Assembly: GCA_013239625.1 (NCBI GenBank)
Contig: MU053881.1
Location: forward strand, 12,600,879 to 12,664,878
Direction of reading: 5' to 3'
Origin: Lama guanicoe
Taxonomy: Eukaryota
DNA length: 64,000 nt
A model generated the notes under the pieces. It had not been told where the DNA came from and ran no database searches. It saw nothing but the letters and a program-made list of their open reading frames with translations. The translations under genes and the position numbers were made by a program. This document shows, in pieces, positions 63,699 through 64,000 of the stretch; the first letter of the stretch is position 1; the number at the start of each line of letters is the position of its first letter.

Positions 63699-64000
63699 CA
63701 GCTGGCCCTCTGTATCTGCAAGTTCTGCATCCACAGGTTCAACCAACTGTGGATTAAAAATATATTTTAAAAAATATTCCAGAAAGTTCCCAAAAAAACC
63801 CTTCAATTTGCAGCATGCTGGCAACTATTTACATACCATTTACATTGTATTTACAACTATTTACATAGAATTTACATTGTAATAGGTATTATAAGTAATC
63901 TAGAGATGGTTTAAAATATATGGGAGGATGCACGTAGGTTACATGCAAACGCCGTGCCGTTTTATGTGAGGGGCTTGTGCATCCTCCAATTTTGGTATCT
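63699..64000 (-). mobile_element. MER2-family (TcMar-Tigger) element, runs off the window
   Basis: ta|cagctggccctctgtatc terminus; taggtattataagtaatctagagatg...ttttggtatc. Confidence 0.8.

Overview
AT-rich, repeat-dense mammalian non-coding DNA, most likely camelid: it carries four copies of a tRNA-Ala(AGC)-derived SINE matching the camelid vic-1 type, plus cetartiodactyl-type L1 3' ends. By eye about half the window is transposon relics (MIR, L2, L1/HAL1, MaLR/ERVL/ERV1 solo LTRs, hAT and Tigger DNA transposons), often nested. I recognise no protein-coding gene, rRNA, true tRNA or CRISPR array; the only ORFs with recognisable homology are decayed L1/HAL1 ORF1 and ORF2 fragments. The mostly antisense L1s suggest an intron of a + strand gene. 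I found no convincing new biological system. The best leads are (i) a speculative two-exon minus-strand gene model, 174 aa, starting in a CpG/YY1/AP-1 patch at 25.66 kb, (ii) other minus-strand splice signals suggesting an antisense spliced RNA, (iii) a twin-primed 5'-inverted L1 with TSDs, and (iv) an L1 collapsed by three internal deletions. Repeat names come from recalled consensus motifs and most boundaries are approximate; RepeatMasker/Dfam is needed to confirm them.
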